From contig NW_020845073.1 in NCBI RefSeq assembly GCF_003704095.1, positions 744,001 through 808,000 on the forward strand: a stretch of 64,000 bases of DNA, given 5' to 3'. Below, piece by piece: positions 60,001-64,000 of the stretch. The notes under the pieces were generated by a model. The model was not told where the DNA came from and made no database searches. It worked only from the letters and a program-made list of their open reading frames with translations. This stretch comes from Pocillopora damicornis. Lineage: Eukaryota. The translations under genes and the position numbers were made by a program. Each line of letters begins with the position of its first letter. Position 1 is the first letter of the stretch.

Positions 60001-63000
60001 TCTAAAGCTCTTCATTAACTATGGAGAATTCACGTTTTCAACGAGTCTCGGTTGTAAGCAGTGATTTGTAAAAAATCATTCAGTGTTTTGAGATGTAAAA
60101 ATATATCGTAAAAGCTAGGGAAGAAAAGCAACACACGGATCCCGAAAGTCCACAAACCGAAGCTAAATTTTCTATATCAGATTACCAACAAGAATCCTCA
60201 AGGATTTTTACCTGTTCATCTCCCAGTACTTCCTTTGACGCGGTGGGAGGCTCCTTTTCATTGGTGGGAACACAGCCAATACAGGACAGAAACTTGTCCC
60301 ATACATCGAGACAAAGAGTCCGCTTACCTGAACCTTAAAACGAGGTAGAAAACTGTCAGTTCCTATATGCATTCTGCTCCAAACTACAAGTGATAGGTTT
60401 AGACAAACGTATCAAGATCAGCAGTGTTACACAGATATAACACCAAATTCTTTAAATATAATTAAAGTACGAATATCCAATCAGATCTTGGGACTTATAG
60501 GGTTCTCTCGCACATTTCAACCAGAGGTCCTGGATAGCAATGCGGTGTTGAATTTTGAACATTCACTGAAAACTGAAGCTTTCATCAAAAAGATTGTTTC
60601 TAGAGCTGCTATGGAGCTACCACAGTGCTTATAAAATTTCCTAACTGAAAGCCATCAGCGAACGTTATGCCAAGATTTGCCTTCTCGCCGCTTATCACAT
60701 GCGCTGCAGGCAGTTATCAGGTGTCTGTAAAGCAACATGTAACCTTAATAAAATTTAAAGGTGGTCATGTTATCCAGTTCTTGTACACGAGCATACGCAA
60801 TCACTGCACTTTTCTTACCTTCACACAGAAGCCTGAGACCATCACTGTATTGCTCCGGAAAATTGTACATCAGAACAATAGACAGATGGCGCAAATACAC
60901 CTAGATAATTGTTTAACGAGTGAGTATAAGGTTTAGATAGATACCACTTATTTGGTACATTTTGACAAGCAAAACTACCTTATTTAATGAGAAAGTCAGT
61001 CTGTGTATCAAAGTTATCAAGTTCATCGGTCCCATCACTGTATCAGTCTGTAAGTCCGTCAGTTTGTCAGTTTTTCAGATCGCCTATCTGTCCATCCAAC
61101 AAGAAGTGGACCAGTTTCGCCATCTGTCTGTCTCTTACTCCATTAGCTTCTGCGTGTGTCTGTCTATTGTCTAAAAGTCGTGACATCTATCGTTCAGTTC
61201 ATAAAAAAAAACCAGTGGATCCTCACTGTACCCCATTACGTCTCTTTGTTAACGTTTGAGTGGAAGAAGAAACTCTCAGAAAGGGAGAAATACAGAAAAA
61301 ATATTAAACTCACCTCTAAAATAGATCTTTTGTTATCGGGAGGTTCATATCCAACACTGCTCAGTGCTTCAAACACTGCGTGTGTGAGGGCTGACCTCTC
61401 CATAAGATTGCTGTTTGGTGAGGACAACCACTTACGCATCTCAAACTACAAGACAAAAAACACAAGCTACTGCAAGTGACAGTTAACAGTTGCTTTGCGC
61501 GACAAAATCTTACATCATTTGGGAAAAAATAGGAAAACCAAAACTTTGAAGAAAAGAGGGTTCCAGCCTAAAAGTTTTTAAAGTACTAGGTCACTTTTTA
61601 AATCATTGGTGCAAAGAGTGGAAAGAAAGCTGACGGCACTCCCGAAACTAGAATCCAGTTGAAATAATGAGTGTGTTGTACTGTTGGAAGTATAAATAAA
61701 TGAGCTACTGACAAATCGGTTTATTTTACCTTAGTGAGTAACGAGAAAACAAGATCTCCATCAGCCGTTTCTAGGATTCTGCGGTACATGGTGGTAAAGG
61801 AATCAGGGTTATCATTAGGGCTAAAAAATGGAACTAACAGCACCGAGATGGAAGTGTGTTCCAAGATGGCTGACAGAAGCTGTTCTGTCTGAGTGGGATT
61901 GTTCATAATAAATTCCTGCGGAACAAGCAAAAAACAATAGAAAAAGGATTAAAGATATCGCAGGAAAAGGGGGAAAGGAAAAAGAACTGCTGCAAGTTTG
62001 CTACTTTACAAGATTCTGGGAGAAATTCTGAACACGAACAAGAAGGATAATTGTACAGTTCTAGCTTTGAAATTTTTAGTTCTTTACTAGAAACTCTCCT
62101 ACTCTCTACAAAATATCGGAGAAGCTAGAGAATACAGCAAGCTGAGTGCTGTCGATCACTGACCTTTCCTAGTATCTCAACACAAGATGTAAAAAACTGC
62201 ACAGTTGGTTGGTAGTTCATAACACTGTCGTCCATTGCTCCGGTAACATGATAAAACAAAGCAGTCCCAATGTCACTGATTATCTCTGAAACATGAAAAC
62301 AAAAGTCAGCAAAGACAAAAGAGAATGTTAAGGAATGGAAACAATGTACCCTGTCGTAATCTCGGTTCTAGAGCGGGTTAGTTAAGCGCTTGCAAAGGAA
62401 AGCAAAAATTACCTTGTACGTTCCTCTCCGAAGAAGACTTTGCTTTGTTTACCAATGACCTTAAAGATAAATCATTTTCAATTTTTTACGTTAAAGTCAC
62501 AGCGCTACTGTGTCTTAGCAAGATGCCACCATCCAAGAGATGCAAGCATGAAAAAATCGCATTACCGTCATATCTTCAAACCCACCTGAGGTTTTCTAGA
62601 CTCAGGAGAGAGTGATTGCGATGTATGGCTTTAAAGTGAAAACGTGAGAAGGAAGGTGACTGAGTTTAACCCCACAAAAACTTTACCAGTATTCCGCGAC
62701 TTTTTAGAAAACAAAAAGATATTAGAGCAATAGAGACCCCAATAAAGGATTACTAAAGGAACATGATGGAAAAATATATATGTATATAAATACTCCTACT
62801 CACGTGATAATGCTCTCAATGTAAGCAGCACCTTCACACAAGCGAGCAGGGCATGGTTGGATGAAATTCTGCACAACTTGTTCCTGCTCACGACGATTAT
62901 CAGCAACCTTTCTGATCATAACTTCATTGGGTCGTTTAGCGAGGAACTATTACAGTAATAACAAGCAAATATAGATAAAAAAGCTTGGCGTTGTGTTGAA

Positions 63001-64000
63001 GAAATGCGAAGAAGTTCGTACACTCGTTCGTACCCTCGTTTGTACACTTGTTCGTACACTCGTTCGTACCCTCGTTCGTACACTCGTTCATACACTCGTT
63101 CGTACCCTCGTTCGTACACTCGTTCGTACACTCGTTCGTACACTCGTTCGTACCCTCGTTTGTACACTCGTTCGTACCCGCGTTCGTACACTCGTTCGTA
63201 CCCTCGTTCGTACACTCGTTCGTACACTCGTTCGTACACTCGTTCGTACAGTCTTCGATAGTTTGGCATAAAAGTCCGTTATTTTCAATCCGTGTTAATA
63301 TTCGCTATCTTAGCCATTCCCGTTCCGTTCAGTTGTCTTTTAACCTCTTTGGTACTTATCTACGCAAGCAACCAATTTATCTCAAAGCAAACTACGGTAA
63401 AGTGCCCTGACACGGGGAAACATGAGTGATATGAGTTATTTTAAGCTACATTTGATAGGTCGAGAGTGTGGTGTGTGTTCACTGCCAATCACAGCGCGCA
63501 GTGATTCAAAACCGATGGAATCCCAAAGTACTTCGACACTTAATTGAAACCTTCTCTACTAAGATAAGGTAGTCAGTTACAGACATTTTAACCTTCCCTC
63601 TCCTGCTGGGAAGAAACAAAAGTGATCTGTTACCTTTACGGTGAGAGTGGCAGGCCCTCGACACTGATGTTTGCGACAAGGAACTTGAACTACAACCTGG
63701 AGACGGAAAGCGATAAAAAAATTCAGTATTGAAACAAAAATACGAATTTCCAACACCAGTTTTGTAAGGGGCTAATAGGACTTGTACTCTAATCAGTAGC
63801 TTTGGAAGCTAATAGGCTGCTGCCAATATTGATAGCAAATCCCTAGGTCTTGACGTCTAACTGAAGTTGTAATCCACTGTATTTATAAAATGAAAACAAT
63901 GATGTTATCAACAATTCTAAGCTCAAGAATCAACCAGTAACAAGAAGGTAAATCATCACGCCTTACCTGGGACATCTCGTTTGAGTACATTTTAGGTATT
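51056..64000 (-). CDS. EPG5: Ectopic P-granules autophagy protein 5, 3' portion (>20 exons; the 5' part lies beyond the window). Last exons approx. 53759-53402, 52870-52735, 52519-52312, 51853-51742, 51298-51056
   Basis: LGEDKSSAGLLGAIGFGKKSQLS, FRFMCRALEAFLLAQMP and the C-terminus AEQALNNLETLRVNKQY...AYSFIANPLNSLMEG...LVRKLFPNDRALDIIAV* match the recalled EPG5 C-terminus. Upstream exons include YRSKFFQLPWQSFIPT, GLYTMWRPYI and VLLVPFFSPN...LVFSLLTK. Confidence 0.88.
54418..54530 (+). mobile_element. Penelope-type terminal remnant with a degenerate hammerhead-like motif
   Basis: TGACTCTAACGATGAATTTCGCTCACGTTTTCGAAACGTCA follows the TGAC-CTGANGA-stem-GAAAC-GTCA layout, but the CUGA box is mutated. 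Confidence 0.45.
54800..54809. other. Assembly gap (10 N) after a poly-G run in an EPG5 intron
   Basis: Run of N. Confidence 1.
59106..59381. mobile_element. Degenerate MITE (TACCGTATTTCCTCGAATAAG-type terminus) with internal GCGCTTATT repeats
   Basis: The right end CTTATTCGAGGAAATACGGTA is inverted relative to the left TTTTCTCGAATAG. GGCGCTTATT motifs are repeated internally. Confidence 0.6.
63014..63250 (+). repeat. 12-bp minisatellite CGTTCGTAC(A/C)CT, ~20 copies, in an EPG5 intron
   Basis: Direct tandem copies. Explains the five overlapping repetitive ORFs at 62916-63410. Confidence 0.95.

Noticed and set aside
62916-63410. YERV/RTLV/YTRS repeat ORFs, and the repeat as a CRISPR-like array
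   Set aside because: Pure 12-bp tandem repeat with no unique spacers, inside an EPG5 intron of a eukaryote

Overview
Eukaryotic, AT-rich, intron-rich genomic DNA. The repeat landscape and gene content suggest a cnidarian, probably a stony coral (inference only). I assembled four spliced genes by hand from GT-AG junctions and frame continuity. (1) A minus-strand single-pass membrane protein with signal peptide, one CUB domain, a TM helix and two PPxY motifs (4493-9763). (2) Head-to-head with it, a 34-exon, ~1448-aa NEK8/NEK9-family kinase (10927-34982). It has an N-terminal DUF4347-like (ECT2L/NSMF-type) domain that keeps a His-Gly...Cys pair, then the kinase, RCC1 repeats, a NEK9-like PxWLxxEL motif, a coiled coil and a C-terminal CaaX box (CGVM*). 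(3) An APC (adenomatous polyposis coli) homologue (~38111-48491). Its whole ARM-to-PDZ region lies in one 3.3-kb exon with no recognisable 15-aa/20-aa/SAMP repeats. Upstream is a tandem array of phase-0 exons that builds a repeated W-x-[DE]-[DE]-[DE]-x(1-2)-D-S-V-[KR]|D-F motif resembling the beta-catenin-binding core. (4) The 3' part of EPG5 on the minus strand (51056 to beyond the window). Introns carry MITEs, LINE tails, tRNA-derived repeats and Penelope remnants with hammerhead-ribozyme-like motifs. There are two 10-N assembly gaps. The best novelty candidates are the putative protease-kinase-CaaX NEK and the rearranged APC. All family assignments are from recalled sequence similarity, not from searches.
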